64,000 nt of DNA, from contig JAFROJ010000074.1 of the NCBI GenBank assembly GCA_017429765.1, forward strand, positions 6,649-70,648, in the 5' to 3' direction. The notes below the pieces were generated by a model, which did not search any database, was not told the DNA's origin, and was given only the letters and a program-made list of their open reading frames with translations. The position numbers and the translations under genes are program-made. Positions 47,582 through 59,600 of the stretch are shown one piece after another. Each line of letters opens with the position of its first letter. Position 1 is the stretch's first letter. The DNA is from Bacteroidales bacterium (GTDB lineage Bacteria > Bacteroidota > Bacteroidia > Bacteroidales > UBA932).

Positions 47582-48460
47582 TTATTTATTAAGAAAATGA
47601 GGCCGGTGGGAGGCGGCCGCCAGCTCCCTCCGCCGGCGCTCCAGCTCGGGGAATTCCGTCTCCGGGATCGCCCACTCCGCGAACCTTGCCCAGATGTGGC
47701 CGGTCGCCTGCTCCGAGAGGTGGATCATGTCGGGGGCGTAGAAGCGGTAGTCCCGAAGCTCGTCCATGACTATCTCGTAGGCGGGGAAATACTCCGCCCG
47801 GTCCGGGAAGGCCCTGACCACGCAGTCCGCGGCGAGCAGCAAGGTGGCCTTGCTGAGCTGGTTCCCGTGGGCCCCGTCCTTGAGGTGCCTGACAGGGGAG
47901 ACCGTGAATATGAACTCCTTCTCCGGGAAACGCCTGACAAGACTCTTCAGGACCGAGGTGACCTCCCCGGCGTCCAGGCGCCTCCGCCGGAACTCCTTGG
48001 CGTCGATCTTGAGGCAGTTGGACACTATCTCGCCGGTTCTGACGCTCTCGAAACACCAGGCAGTGCCGAGGGTTATTATCACCTTGCCCGCGGCCTTCCA
48101 CGCCTCCGAGGCCTTGGCCAGGGCGGAGTTGGCGTTCTCGAGGAACTCGCCGGCGGTGGGGCGGGCGAAAGAGGTGTGGTGGCTGAACGAGCAGACAAGC
48201 CCGGCCCCGGAGCCCATCTCCACGCAGTCTTTCACGGTGAAAGGGGCCCCTGAGGACAGCCTGGCCACGGAGTTGCATATCGACACGGGATTGTAAAGAG
48301 TCCCGAAAGGGTTGACGAGGACATCCATCCCCAACGCCCTCATCCTTTCCCCGATGTTGTCGGCGAAGCAGCTTCCCAGAAGTACGGTCCGGTCGCTGAC
48401 GGAGAGCCTTATGCGGCTCTTCCCGGCCTGGACCGGAGTCTGCAATCTTAATTCTTCCAT
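47582..48460 (-). CDS. GSCFA domain protein (SGNH-like)
   Basis: LLGSCFA, NPFGTLYNP, TVSPVRH and YFPAYEI..DELRDYRFY..D..H motifs. Confidence 0.92.
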   Translation of the reverse strand: MEELRLQTPVQAGKSRIRLSVSDRTVLLGSCFADNIGERMRALGMDVLVNPFGTLYNPVSICNSVARLSSGAPFTVKDCVEMGSGAGLVCSFSHHTSFARPTAGEFLENANSALAKASEAWKAAGKVIITLGTAWCFESVRTGEIVSNCLKIDAKEFRRRRLDAGEVTSVLKSLVRRFPEKEFIFTVSPVRHLKDGAHGNQLSKATLLLAADCVVRAFPDRAEYFPAYEIVMDELRDYRFYAPDMIHLSEQATGHIWARFAEWAIPETEFPELERRRRELAAASHRPHFLNK

Positions 48461-48520
48461 GTCCGCTAAATTAAGAAATAATCGCTAAATTCGCCCAATA
48501 ATGAATCATCCGCTGTTTTT

Positions 48521-50269
48521 ATGAATATCAGAACTCTCGCCTCAGCCCTCGCCGTCTGCCTGGCGGCGGCCTCCTGCTCCGGCCCGAAGGACGGGACATA
48601 TTCCTTCACCCTTTTGACCACCAACGACATCCATGGGACATTCTTCGACTCCACCTACGTCGGGGGGAATGTCAAGAAATCCCTCTACGGGATCAAGCAC
48701 GTCGTGGACAGCGTCCGGTCGGCGGACGGCGCGGGGAATGTCATCCTCGTGGACGCCGGTGACATAGTCCAGGGCGACAACGCCGCCTATTATTTCAACT
48801 ACGTGGACACCCTCGCCCCCCACGTCTATCCCCGTATGGCCAAGTACATGGGGTACGACGCCGTGGCCCTCGGCAACCACGACATCGAGGCCGGCCATCC
48901 GGTCTATGACCGCCTGGTCAAGGACATGAAGGCCCAGGGGATCCCTCTCCTCGCCGGGAACGCCATCCGCACCGACAACGGTAAGCCATATTTCCAGACC
49001 TACACCGTCCTCAAGAGGAACGGGCTCAGGATAGCGGTTCTCGGCTACGACAACGCCAACATCGCCGGCTGGCTCTCCGAGAGGCTTTGGTACGGGATGA
49101 GGTTCGAGAGCCTTATCCCCTTGGTACAGAAGGATGTGGACAGGGTGGTGGCCAAGGAGAAACCCCATGTCGTGATAGTCGCCGTCCATTCCGGGACGGG
49201 CAACGGGGACGGCACCCAGCTCGAGAGCCAGGGACTCGACCTCATGAAGAGCCTCAAGGGGGTGGATTTCCTCATCTGCTCCCATGACCACAGGCCCAGG
49301 GTCGTCCAGAGCGACACCATCTGCCTGATCAACTCCGGAAGCCACAGCCGCTACACCGGCCGGGGCAGGATCGACCTGGCCGTGGAAGGGGGGAAGGTGG
49401 TCTCGAAGAGCCTCTCCGCTTCCCTGATCCCTGTCGACGCCAGGAAGATAGACACATTGATGGCCAAGGAGTTCCATGATGATTTCGCCGCCGTCAAGGC
49501 TTTCAGCGTCAGGAAGGTCGGCGAGTTGAGGGAGGATCTCGTGACAAGGGACGCCTACAAAGGGATGTGCGGCTATCTCGACCTGATCCACGCCCTGTCG
49601 CTGTCAATGCCCGAGGCCAGGATCTCCTTCGCCGCGCCCCTGACCTTCAACGGCACCGTCAAGGCGGGCGACATCATCTACAACGACCTGTTCACGATCT
49701 ATCCCTTCGAGAACCAGCTGTACGTGGTCAAGATGACCGGAAAGGAGGTTAAGGATTATCTCGAGGCCTCCTACGACGGTTGGGTCAACACTGTCTCCGC
49801 TCCTGCGGACCACGTCTTGAGGATAGTCCCGAGGGACGACCCGAGGACTGGCTCGAGGACATGGTCATTCTCCGGGAGGTCGTACAATTTCGACTCGGCG
49901 GGAGGGCTTGTCTACACCGTGGACGTGACCAGGCCGAGAGGGGAGAGGGTCGTGATCGAGTCCTTCGCCGACGGAGCACCGTTCTCTGAGGGCGAGACCT
50001 ACAATGTGGCCATGACCTCTTACCGCGCCAGCGGCGGAGGCGGGCTGATGGCCGAGGCGGGGATCGACACCGGCAGGATCGAGGAGAGACTTGTCGCGAC
50101 CTATCCCGAGTTCAGGGACATCCTTTACGAGTACCTGAAGGAGAACAGCGTCCTCGAGCCCTCATCCATAGGCGCCGGCGCCGGGATCGGGCGCTGGAGG
50201 TTCGTCCCGGAGGCGGTCGCCGTACCGGGTATCGAGAGGGATATGGAACTCCTGTTCGGGAATAGGTAG
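48521..50269 (+). CDS. Bifunctional metallophosphatase / 5'-nucleotidase lipoprotein
   Basis: Lipobox AASC; TNDIHG, DAGD, GNHD and SHDH motifs; YPFENQL in the C-terminal domain. Confidence 0.92.
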   Translation: MNIRTLASALAVCLAAASCSGPKDGTYSFTLLTTNDIHGTFFDSTYVGGNVKKSLYGIKHVVDSVRSADGAGNVILVDAGDIVQGDNAAYYFNYVDTLAPHVYPRMAKYMGYDAVALGNHDIEAGHPVYDRLVKDMKAQGIPLLAGNAIRTDNGKPYFQTYTVLKRNGLRIAVLGYDNANIAGWLSERLWYGMRFESLIPLVQKDVDRVVAKEKPHVVIVAVHSGTGNGDGTQLESQGLDLMKSLKGVDFLICSHDHRPRVVQSDTICLINSGSHSRYTGRGRIDLAVEGGKVVSKSLSASLIPVDARKIDTLMAKEFHDDFAAVKAFSVRKVGELREDLVTRDAYKGMCGYLDLIHALSLSMPEARISFAAPLTFNGTVKAGDIIYNDLFTIYPFENQLYVVKMTGKEVKDYLEASYDGWVNTVSAPADHVLRIVPRDDPRTGSRTWSFSGRSYNFDSAGGLVYTVDVTRPRGERVVIESFADGAPFSEGETYNVAMTSYRASGGGGLMAEAGIDTGRIEERLVATYPEFRDILYEYLKENSVLEPSSIGAGAGIGRWRFVPEAVAVPGIERDMELLFGNR

Positions 50270-51166
50270 CTAAATCCTCGACCCCTGGGTCATCGTCCGG
50301 TACTCGGCCGGAGTGCGGCCTGTCATGTTGCGGAACGCCGTGAAGAAATAGTCATGGTTGTTGTAGCCCACGTGATAGGCCACTTCCTTGATGCTCAGCG
50401 ACGTGTTGGTGAGCAACTCCTTGGCCTTGCTCATCCTGACCTCGCTGATGTAGCGGGCGGGGGAGAAACCGGTGTATTCCTTGAAAGTCTTCCGGAAGGT
50501 CGAGTAACTCAGGCACAGCCTGGCCGCGACCTCCTCCGGAGTGATGTCCTGGTAGTTCTCGCGGATCATCACCTTGGCCTGGCCGATCTTGTTGGCGGTG
50601 TCTGATTTCTGGTACTGGTAGTTCTTGTCGTAGAAATAGGCGAGGCTCAGCAGGCGGCTCACTATTCCTGCCAGAAGCTGCTGGAAACCAGACTCTTGCG
50701 CCACTGCTGCCGAGATCGCCTCGTCGTACAGGGAGACAATGTCCTCGTGGATGTTGACCTTGAAGACAGGCCTCTCCCTGGAGATGAACTTGTTCTTCAC
50801 CAGGTTGGTTATCAACTCGCCGTTGAACCCGATCCAGTACTCTTTCCACCCTGTCTGCGGGTCCGGGTGGTAGGAGTGCCACTCGCCCGGGAAGAGGAGG
50901 AACATCATCCCGCTCGTGACGGGGATCGCCCTGCCCCTCCCGAGGGTCTCGCAGTAGAACTTGCCCCTTCCCTCGGTGATGTAGAGAAGCTGGTACTCTT
51001 GCAGAATCCTGCCGTTCTCGACCCTGAATATGTACCTGGAGGGGTGGTTCCGGGGCGGATAGTCCATCCCCGGGGCGATTCTCTGCTGGCCGACGGAATT
51101 CACCGCCGTTCCCCATTGAAGGTCAAGGGGATTCACCGCCAAATATTTCAGATGGACATCTTCCAT
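50270..51166 (-). CDS. AraC family regulator (cupin plus HTH), divergent from the PUL
   Basis: LLFPGEWHSY cupin; FRKTFKEYTG.SP..Y and YF...F..MTG.TP.EYR motifs. Confidence 0.93.
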   Translation of the reverse strand: MEDVHLKYLAVNPLDLQWGTAVNSVGQQRIAPGMDYPPRNHPSRYIFRVENGRILQEYQLLYITEGRGKFYCETLGRGRAIPVTSGMMFLLFPGEWHSYHPDPQTGWKEYWIGFNGELITNLVKNKFISRERPVFKVNIHEDIVSLYDEAISAAVAQESGFQQLLAGIVSRLLSLAYFYDKNYQYQKSDTANKIGQAKVMIRENYQDITPEEVAARLCLSYSTFRKTFKEYTGFSPARYISEVRMSKAKELLTNTSLSIKEVAYHVGYNNHDYFFTAFRNMTGRTPAEYRTMTQGSRI

Positions 51167-51272
51167 CGCGTGTGCATACATTAAAACTCTCCGCGAATAT
51201 ATCAAAAAAAATCGCAATCAAAAATCCGAGTCGGAATATCAGAATCTTTAGTCTTATTATTTATAAAAACGA

Positions 51273-51280
51273 TAAATTTG
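51273..51280 (+). promoter_or_regulatory. -7 box for the tandem SusCD PUL
   Basis: TAAATTTG in the AT-rich intergenic region. Confidence 0.6.
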
Positions 51281-51421
51281 TAAATGGATTTTTCCCGATT
51301 TGGGAGATAGGACTGATAACCGTGCCCAATAAAACGCTAAGATAACGCAATACTTTGAAATAACATAATTTAACTCAAAACCACTTTAACACGACTATTT
51401 GTTTTTTTAATCTATCACTGT

Positions 51422-54400
51422 ATGAAAATACACGGTAAAAACCTGTCTGCGACTCTGCTCCCGGGTGCGAGAGCGGTTGTCGCGGTTGTTTGCCTCCTGT
51501 TCTGCGCGGGTCTATGGACTCCGTCCAGCGCCCAGCGGGGGAGGGAGATTACCGGTACGGTAGTCGATGAGAACAACCTTCCAATGCCTGGGGTGACCGT
51601 CATGGTCGATGGTACGGTAAACGGTACGATGACTACCGAAGCCGGTGTCTTCGTCTTGACGAACGTCCCTGCCAACGCGACCCTCGTCATCTCCTGCATC
51701 GGTTACACGACGCAGAGGATCGAGGTCGGCACTCGAAACAATTTCTCCATCAAGCTGGTCCCGGACGCCGAGATGCTTGAGGAGACGGTCGTCGTCGCCT
51801 TCGGTCAGCAGAAGAAAGCGACGGTGACCGGCGCTATCGCGACTGTCTCCTCGACAGACTTGCGCAAGACCACCACCACCCGTCTTGACAACGCTCTCGC
51901 CGGACGTGTCACCGGCCTTACCTCCATGCAGAACGGCGGAGGTCAGCCCGGACGTGACGGTGCCACGATGTATCTTCGTGGAGCCGCGACCACTAACGGC
52001 AAGAGTCCTCTGGTCATCGTCGACGGTGTCGAGCGCGAGGACGGTATCCGTACCCTCGACATGAACGAGGTCGAGAGCATCTCTGTCCTTAAGGACGCCT
52101 CCGCGACCGGTCTGTACGGAGTACGTGGCGCTAACGGTGTTATCATCATCACCACCCGCCGCGGCCAGAAGGGCAAACCCAACCTGAGCATCTCCTTTGA
52201 CCAGTCGATGTCCCAGTTCACAGTCGAGCCCGACAGGCTTCACTCCTGGGAGTACATGGAACTCCGCAACGAGGCTCTCGTGAACTCAGGCTCCCCGGCC
52301 GCTTATAGCGACGAGGTTATCGCCAAGTTCAAGAACCCTCTCTTCGGCCTCACCGGCAACGAGCCCAACTACGCCGAACTTAAGAAGATGCGCGAGTACC
52401 TGTACTGCGACAACGACTACTACCGCATGATGTTCAAGAAGTTCACCCCCCAGTCCCGTTTCAGCGCCAACCTCAGCGGCGGTACCGACAAGGTGAACTA
52501 CTTCCTCAACATCGGCTACATCCACCAGAACGGTAACCTGAAGACCTTGGGTTACGATGAGCTGGGCTACAACCCCCAGTCCTACATGAACCGTTTCAGC
52601 CTCCGTTCCAACCTGGATTTCCATCTTACCAAGGATCTCACGGTCTCGCTGAACCTCGCTTCCTACACCGAGGATATCAATATGCCGCTCGCGATCGGTA
52701 TGTACGGAGGCGATGAGAACTGGATGATGCGTGACCTTATCTACCAGGCCACCTGTATCACCCCTATCTCCGTCGGCCCCACCACCATCAGTGAGTTCGG
52801 AGTTGACGACGGGGCTGTCGTCACCCACTCATGGATGGACCGTACCGCTTACGAGTGTATCAACTACCGTGGTTTCCAGACGGACACCAAGAAGAACCTC
52901 AACTCCACGTTGTCCGCCAACTACGACCTCAGCAGCCTTATCACCAAGGGCCTGTCGATCAACGGATCGGTCTCTTACGATACTTACAATATGGGTATTC
53001 TCTACGGTCAGAAGTCAGTCCAGATGTATCTCCCTGTCGTGGACTACACCAACGACACCATGACCTACGCCACCCACTCGCAGAACCCTTCACCGCTCAG
53101 CCTCGGCCACACCCGCAGCTCCAACTATGTGATCTACGGACAGGCCGCCATCAATTACGCTCGCAGGTTCGCAGACAAGCATGACGTCACCGCCATGGTC
53201 ACCGCCTACCGCCGTTATTGGGAGTCGACTGGCGCTGACATCCCTTACAACCTTATCGGTTCCGCGGCCCGTGTCACCTACGGCTATGACGACCGTTACC
53301 TCTTCGAGGCCAACATGGGTTACAACGGATCGGAGCAGTTCGCCCCGGCCAACCGTTTCGGTTTCTTCCCCTCAGCCTCAGTCGGCTGGATCGCCTCGAA
53401 CGAGAAATTCCTCAAGAACAACAACTTCCTGACCTGGCTCAAGTTCCGCGGTTCCTATGGTCTCGTGGGTAATGACTCCCAGGGTGGTAACCGCTTCCTT
53501 TACATGGACCACATCTCCGTCGGGGGTAATCAGGACCGTGGTGTCAGCGGACTTGGCAGCAGAACCATCTCCGAGGGCCTGCTCGGTAACAAGGAGCTCC
53601 AGTGGGAGGTCGCCAAGAAGATGGACCTCGGTGTCGAGATCGGTATCTTCGAGGATTTGAGGATCAACTTCGACTACTTCACCGAGAACCGTGACCACAT
53701 CCTTATCTCCCGTAAGACCATCCCCTCTTTCCAGGGTTTGAGTCTGAGTTACATCCCTAGGGTCAACATGGGAGTTGTCGAGAACCACGGTTTCGAGGTC
53801 GAGCTCAAGTACAGCCACGATTTCAAGAACGGTTTCGCCATCAACCTCGGCGGTAACATGGGCTTCAACGACAACAAGGTCATAGAGTACGACGAGGTTA
53901 ACAGAGGAGACGCTTACGCCTATCCGCTCCGCACCGAGGGCTACCGCCTTGGCCAGAGTTGGGGTTACCTGATCGACTGGGACAGCCCCGGTCATGGCTA
54001 CTTCACCTCACAAGAGGAACTTGACCAGTACCTGTCACACACCACGTACGGCTTCGGCGTCCCGAGGGTCGGTGACTTCGTCTACAAGGATGTGACCGGC
54101 GACGGCGTTGTCGATGACAAAGACCTCAGCCCGATAGGTTTTTCCAGCTCCATCCCCGGACTCAACTACGCCTTCAACCTGGGCGCCCAGCTCAAGAACT
54201 TCGATTTCAACATCCTGTTCACCGGACTCGGCCGCTACAATTCCAACAACTGGAGCACCGCCCAGAATGTCGCTGAATACATCTACCAGGGAACGTACTA
54301 CGAATTCCACAAGTCCGCTTGGACAGAGGAGCGTTACAAGAATGGCGAGAAGATCACATGGCCCGCGCTTTCCACGGCCAAGACCACTAGCCACCAGGCT

Positions 54401-54643
54401 AACGACTTCTTCATCCAGAGCCGCGCTTTCCTGCGTCTGAAGAACGTTGAGTTAGGCTACAACCTCCCTCAGAAGTCTCTCCAGAAGGTCGGCGTCAAGG
54501 GAATGAGGATCTACGCCTCCGGACAGAACCTCCATTACTGGACTAAGTATAACTTGGGCAGTCATATCGATCCCGAGCACAACGACCACATCGGTTATCC
54601 TATCCCTAAGACCTATATGCTTGGGTTAAACATCAACTTCTAA
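51422..54643 (+). CDS. susC: SusC TonB-dependent transporter (PUL copy 1)
   Basis: LEETVVVAFG, SVLKDASATGLYGVRGANGVIIITT and GYNGSEQF motifs; C-terminal Phe. Confidence 0.97.
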   Translation: MKIHGKNLSATLLPGARAVVAVVCLLFCAGLWTPSSAQRGREITGTVVDENNLPMPGVTVMVDGTVNGTMTTEAGVFVLTNVPANATLVISCIGYTTQRIEVGTRNNFSIKLVPDAEMLEETVVVAFGQQKKATVTGAIATVSSTDLRKTTTTRLDNALAGRVTGLTSMQNGGGQPGRDGATMYLRGAATTNGKSPLVIVDGVEREDGIRTLDMNEVESISVLKDASATGLYGVRGANGVIIITTRRGQKGKPNLSISFDQSMSQFTVEPDRLHSWEYMELRNEALVNSGSPAAYSDEVIAKFKNPLFGLTGNEPNYAELKKMREYLYCDNDYYRMMFKKFTPQSRFSANLSGGTDKVNYFLNIGYIHQNGNLKTLGYDELGYNPQSYMNRFSLRSNLDFHLTKDLTVSLNLASYTEDINMPLAIGMYGGDENWMMRDLIYQATCITPISVGPTTISEFGVDDGAVVTHSWMDRTAYECINYRGFQTDTKKNLNSTLSANYDLSSLITKGLSINGSVSYDTYNMGILYGQKSVQMYLPVVDYTNDTMTYATHSQNPSPLSLGHTRSSNYVIYGQAAINYARRFADKHDVTAMVTAYRRYWESTGADIPYNLIGSAARVTYGYDDRYLFEANMGYNGSEQFAPANRFGFFPSASVGWIASNEKFLKNNNFLTWLKFRGSYGLVGNDSQGGNRFLYMDHISVGGNQDRGVSGLGSRTISEGLLGNKELQWEVAKKMDLGVEIGIFEDLRINFDYFTENRDHILISRKTIPSFQGLSLSYIPRVNMGVVENHGFEVELKYSHDFKNGFAINLGGNMGFNDNKVIEYDEVNRGDAYAYPLRTEGYRLGQSWGYLIDWDSPGHGYFTSQEELDQYLSHTTYGFGVPRVGDFVYKDVTGDGVVDDKDLSPIGFSSSIPGLNYAFNLGAQLKNFDFNILFTGLGRYNSNNWSTAQNVAEYIYQGTYYEFHKSAWTEERYKNGEKITWPALSTAKTTSHQANDFFIQSRAFLRLKNVELGYNLPQKSLQKVGVKGMRIYASGQNLHYWTKYNLGSHIDPEHNDHIGYPIPKTYMLGLNINF

Positions 54644-54657
54644 AAATGGAGATGAAT

Positions 54658-56592
54658 ATGAAAAAATCTATATACTTTCTTGTAGTCGCCGCCGTTGTCC
54701 TCTGCTTGAGCGCAGTGTCATGCAGCAAGTATCTTGACAAGGCTCCTGACGGCCAGATCTCCCTTGAAGAGGTTTGGGGTGACTACGACAAGACACTGGC
54801 TTACATTAACACCTGCTACAAGAACCTTCCCACGAAGTCCTGCCAGTATTTCTTCTGGACCCGCGGGCCGGTCAACTGGTGTGACGACTCATGGGACGGT
54901 GACGACCTCGACGTGAACTGGGCCGGGTCGGCGCTCCTTTACAGCGGATCCGCCTCCGCGTCCAGCCATCCGGTCTGGAGCGTCACGGGTACCGTTGAGA
55001 ACAACTATTGGACTAAGTACTTCGGAAGCATCCGCAATTGCGCCATGTTCATCAAGTACGCTGATCCCGCGATCATCGGCTCCGAGTACAACAGGTTGAT
55101 CGCCGAGGCCAAGCTCCTCCGCGCCTACTATTACTCTGAACTCCTCGCGTGGTTCGGCTGCGGCCTTCCCATCGTCGAAGAGCCTTATACCTACACCGAC
55201 GATTTCTCCGAGGTCACCCGCGCCAGCTACTATGAGGTTGTCAAGTTCATCATCAAGGACTGTGACGAGGCCATCGCCTGCTCTGAGCTGCCTTTCAGGA
55301 TCACGACTTCCGGTGAGGCCCGCCGTATGTGCAAGGCCCTTGCCTACGCGATCAAGTCCAGGATGATCCTCTTCGCCGCCAGCCCTCTCTACAACGAAGG
55401 CAACAACTACTGGAGTGAGGCTTACACAATCACCAAGCAGGCCGTGGATCAGCTCAGGTCCAATGGATACAAGCTGTACAACACCTTGAACCAGCCGGGA
55501 ACCTGGGGAGCTGAGACCGCTCACCTGCCTAACCTGTATGCCCAGATCTACAACGAGTATTTCAACCAGGACCAGGCCTACACCGACGCGCCCGCCGACA
55601 TGGAGACAATCTTCCGCCTGACCAACGGCGCGTGGGACCTCGCCAACGTCGACTGCATCGGAGCCATCTGCGGTTACAAGACCGGAACCTGCCCTTCGCA
55701 GGAACTCGTGGACGCCTATGAGACCATCGATGGCCAGCCCGTCCTCAACCTATCCAAGCCTTACAACGACGAGACGCACCTGAGTCCGAACTACAACTCC
55801 GCCAACACTCTCTACGATCCGCAGAATCCTTACGCCAACCGTGACCCCCGCTTCTACGCTACCATATATTATAATGGTTCCAAGCGTTATTGCACCTGGG
55901 GTACCGGTGCCGCCGCGAACTCTTTCGAGAACGCTGGCCAGAACGCGGGCTGGAGAGGATCGCGTACAATCGCCACCTGGGCCCGCTGGGAGCAGAACGG
56001 AGTCATCCACGATCAATGTGAGAACATCATGGGTTGGTCGATCACCGGAAGAACCTACACCCGTACCGGTTATTACGAGCGCAAGTTCGTCCATCCCAAC
56101 TCTGACCATGCGGTCCTGACTCTTTCCGGAGCTGACCACAAGGACTATCGTTTCGCCGAGTTGCTTCTCAACTACGCCGAGGCCGCCCTCGAGAGCGGTC
56201 ATGAGGATGAGGCCCGCTCGGCCACGAACGAGGTCCGCGCCCGTGTCGGCATGCCCGCGATTCCCGCCAGCGTGACCGGCAACGACCTCCGCCTGAGGAT
56301 CCGCAACGAGCGCCGCGTGGAGTTCGCCCTTGAGGGACAGCGTTACTTCGACATCCGTCGTTGGCAGAACCCTGACGGTGACCTTTCCGAGACGGATCAC
56401 TGGGTGACCGCCGCCTACATCACCTGCCATGTCGACGCTGCCGGCAAGGTTACCGGTTACACCTATGACCGCCACCTCATCAAGGAGCGCCAGTGCTACA
56501 CCAACAAGTACCTGAAGGTCGCGATTCCGCTTTCCGAGGTCAACAACATGCTCGCCGTCACCGGTGAGAACTGGCAGAACCCCGGCTGGTAG
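54658..56592 (+). CDS. susD: SusD lipoprotein (PUL copy 1)
   Basis: Lipobox AVSC; LLRAYYY and RNERRVEFALEG motifs; ends QNPGW. Start could be 54646. Confidence 0.95.
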   Translation: MKKSIYFLVVAAVVLCLSAVSCSKYLDKAPDGQISLEEVWGDYDKTLAYINTCYKNLPTKSCQYFFWTRGPVNWCDDSWDGDDLDVNWAGSALLYSGSASASSHPVWSVTGTVENNYWTKYFGSIRNCAMFIKYADPAIIGSEYNRLIAEAKLLRAYYYSELLAWFGCGLPIVEEPYTYTDDFSEVTRASYYEVVKFIIKDCDEAIACSELPFRITTSGEARRMCKALAYAIKSRMILFAASPLYNEGNNYWSEAYTITKQAVDQLRSNGYKLYNTLNQPGTWGAETAHLPNLYAQIYNEYFNQDQAYTDAPADMETIFRLTNGAWDLANVDCIGAICGYKTGTCPSQELVDAYETIDGQPVLNLSKPYNDETHLSPNYNSANTLYDPQNPYANRDPRFYATIYYNGSKRYCTWGTGAAANSFENAGQNAGWRGSRTIATWARWEQNGVIHDQCENIMGWSITGRTYTRTGYYERKFVHPNSDHAVLTLSGADHKDYRFAELLLNYAEAALESGHEDEARSATNEVRARVGMPAIPASVTGNDLRLRIRNERRVEFALEGQRYFDIRRWQNPDGDLSETDHWVTAAYITCHVDAAGKVTGYTYDRHLIKERQCYTNKYLKVAIPLSEVNNMLAVTGENWQNPGW

Positions 56593-56623
56593 TAGTTCCC
56601 TAACCTTATTAATTGAATCTGAT

Positions 56624-59600
56624 ATGATGAAAAAGCATATAATCATAGCCGCCGCGTTGATGCTTCTTGGCAGTGCTTTCGCGAGCGCGCAGTCTGATTT
56701 CGCTGTATCGGGTACCGTTAAGGATGTTTACGGGAACCCCCTGCCCGGCGTGATCGTCTCCGCGAACAACAAAGCCTTGTACATCACTGACAAGAACGGC
56801 CAGTACACAGCCACCGCCGGCAGCTCCGATGAGCTGACTTTCGCGCTTGTCGGTTTCAAGAAGCAGACGGTCAAGGCATCGTCTGATATGCAGGTTGTCC
56901 TCGAGGATGACGCTCACGATCTCTCCGAGGTCATCAACCTGGGCTATTCCAAGGTTTCCCGGGAGGATCTTTCCGATGCCGTCTCCACGGTTTCCGGCGC
57001 GACCCTCGGCAAATCCCTCAACACCCGTCTGCAGCAGACCCTTTCAGGCCGCCTGTCGGGTTTGACGACCATCGAGAGCACCTTCGAGCCCACTTATGAG
57101 GAACTCTCCATGTACGTCCGCGGCCTTTCCACCGTCCACGGTGGCGCCGCTGGCGTCGTGATCGACGGAGTCCTCTATGACAGCTATTCACACGACATCC
57201 TCTACCGTATCTCCCCTGAGGAGGTTGAGTCCATCACCCTTCTCAAGGACGGCGCCTCACAGGCCATCTACGGTGTCCGCGGAGCCAATGGCCTCCTGGT
57301 CATCAACACCAAGAGGGGAACCCCCGGCAAACTCAAGGTCGGAGTCAATGTCTCCGAGACTGTCGAGCAGCCTGTCGATGTGATGCACCAGTTCGACTCC
57401 TACGAGTACGCCACCATGCGTAACCAGGCCGCCTACAACGACGGCCGCGGCAAGAATGTTTTCTTCTCCGAGTCCGCTCTTGACAACTTCAAGAAGGGAA
57501 CCAACACCGATTACTATCCCAACACCGACTGGGCCGACCTGCTCATGAGGAAGGCTTCCAATCTCCAGAGGGTAGCTATCGATGCCATCGGAGGAGGTGA
57601 GAGGGTGCAGTACTTCACCACCATGAACCTCATCCACCAGGGTTCTTTCTGGAACACTGACACTGACAAGTACAAGACCGACAACGAGAAAGTCCGTCTC
57701 AACTTCCGTTCGAACATCGACGTGATGGTCAACAGCTGGATCGGACTCTTCATGAACCTTGCCGGTTCCGTGGTGAAGGCCCACACTCCCAACTCGAGTG
57801 TCGCTTACAACAACACCATCTACGAGTACATGGCGTTCATGCCCCCGACAGTTTACGGCCCCGTCACACCCGAGATCATGGGATCCGACGGAGAGACCGT
57901 GATCCAGCCCGCCGGAGACGTGATCTCCACCGTCAACATGGTCAACAGCCCTTACGGTTTGCTGAACAGGAGCGGTTACAACAACGCCACCAACACCAAT
58001 ATCTACGGCCAGGGAGGTCTCCAGTTCGACCTGAGCTTCCTGACCCCCGGTCTCTGGGCGAAGGCCAGTGTGGGATACCTCTCCTACATCACCGCCACCA
58101 TGACCACCACGCAGTCCTACAAGAGGGTCTATCGTGACGACGACTGGTCCAAGTTGAGCTTCACCCAGCTCGGCACCACGATCGACGGAACCCTGGGCTA
58201 CGGCAAGGGTACCGCCCTTTACGGCTACATGTCCTACAAGGGTGAGGCCGGTTACACCCGCGATTTCGGCAAGCACCACATCAACGCTAACGCCTACGCG
58301 ATGTACCAGAGCTTTATTGACCAGACCGGCAACGCCGCCGCGACTTACGACTACCGTCGTATCTACACCGGTGTCGAGGCCCTTTACAACTACGATCACC
58401 GCTACGCTCTCCACCTGACGACGGGTTACTCCGCCTCGGATTACTTCCCGAGGTCAACCCGCTTCATCTGGACTCCCGGTGTCAGCGCCGCCTGGATCGC
58501 CTCCAACGAGTCATTCATGAAGGAGACTCTTCCTTGGCTGTCCCTCTTCAAGGTCCGCGGGTCGTACGCCATCACCGGCAACGATTCCACCGGTTTCGGC
58601 CGTTACGCCTACAAGGATCAGGTGACTTCCGTCCAGGGTGGAAACATTTCCTGGCTGAGGTACTACACCAACGAGTCTGTCTACGGTAACGACGGTCTGG
58701 TGCCTGAGAAGATCCACAAGGCCAACATCGGTATCGATCTCGGCCTCGGCAACCAGTTCACCGCTTCCTTCGACGTGTTCAAGGAGAAGATGAACAACGG
58801 TCTCGCGCAGTCCACCGCTTCCATTCCTTCCTATCAGGGTATCTCCCTCGGTTCCTTCCCTGTGCTTAACATGAGCCAGTACGAGAATAAGGGATGGGAA
58901 CTCTCCGTTGGCTATAACAAGCGCTTCAACGAGGATTGGGGAGTGTTCATCAACGGCCATCTGGGCTACAACAAGAACAAGATCATCTATGTGGGTGAGT
59001 CCGAGAAGGGTGAGGATTATGCTTACCGCTATCGTACCGAGGGCTTCCCTTACGGCCAGACCTGGGGTTATCTCGTGGACTGGAGCAACGGCAACGGTCT
59101 CTTCAACTTCCAGGACGAGATCGACAGCCACGCCACCTATTCCTTCGGTACTCCCCGTCTGGGTGACATCAAGTACCAGGATCTCAACAAGGACGGTGTG
59201 ATCGACGACAAGGACCAGGCCCCTATCGCCAATGGCAGCCTGCCTCGCTACTCCTTCGGCCTCGACCTGGGATTCACTTGGAAGTCTTTCGAGGTGTCCG
59301 CCCTCTTCCAGGGTGTGGCTGACTACTACAGGAACTACAGTTACCTGTACGGCTATCACACTGTGCGTGACGGTTTCTACACCGAGAGCATGAGGAACGC
59401 CTGGACCTCCGAGAAGTGGCTCAATGGCGAGACTATCGACTATCCCGCCCTCTCCACCGCTTCGACCACCAACACCCAGACGAGCGACTACTTCTACAGG
59501 AACGCCTCGTTCGTCCGTCTGAAGAACGCCCAGATCGCCTACAAGCTTCCCAAGCGCTTCTGTGATTCCATCGGAGCGGGAACGGCTAAGATCTATCTTG

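Noticed and set aside
51167-51421. Invertible (phase-variable) promoter upstream of the PUL
   Set aside because: No flanking inverted repeats of convincing length and no recombinase in the window.
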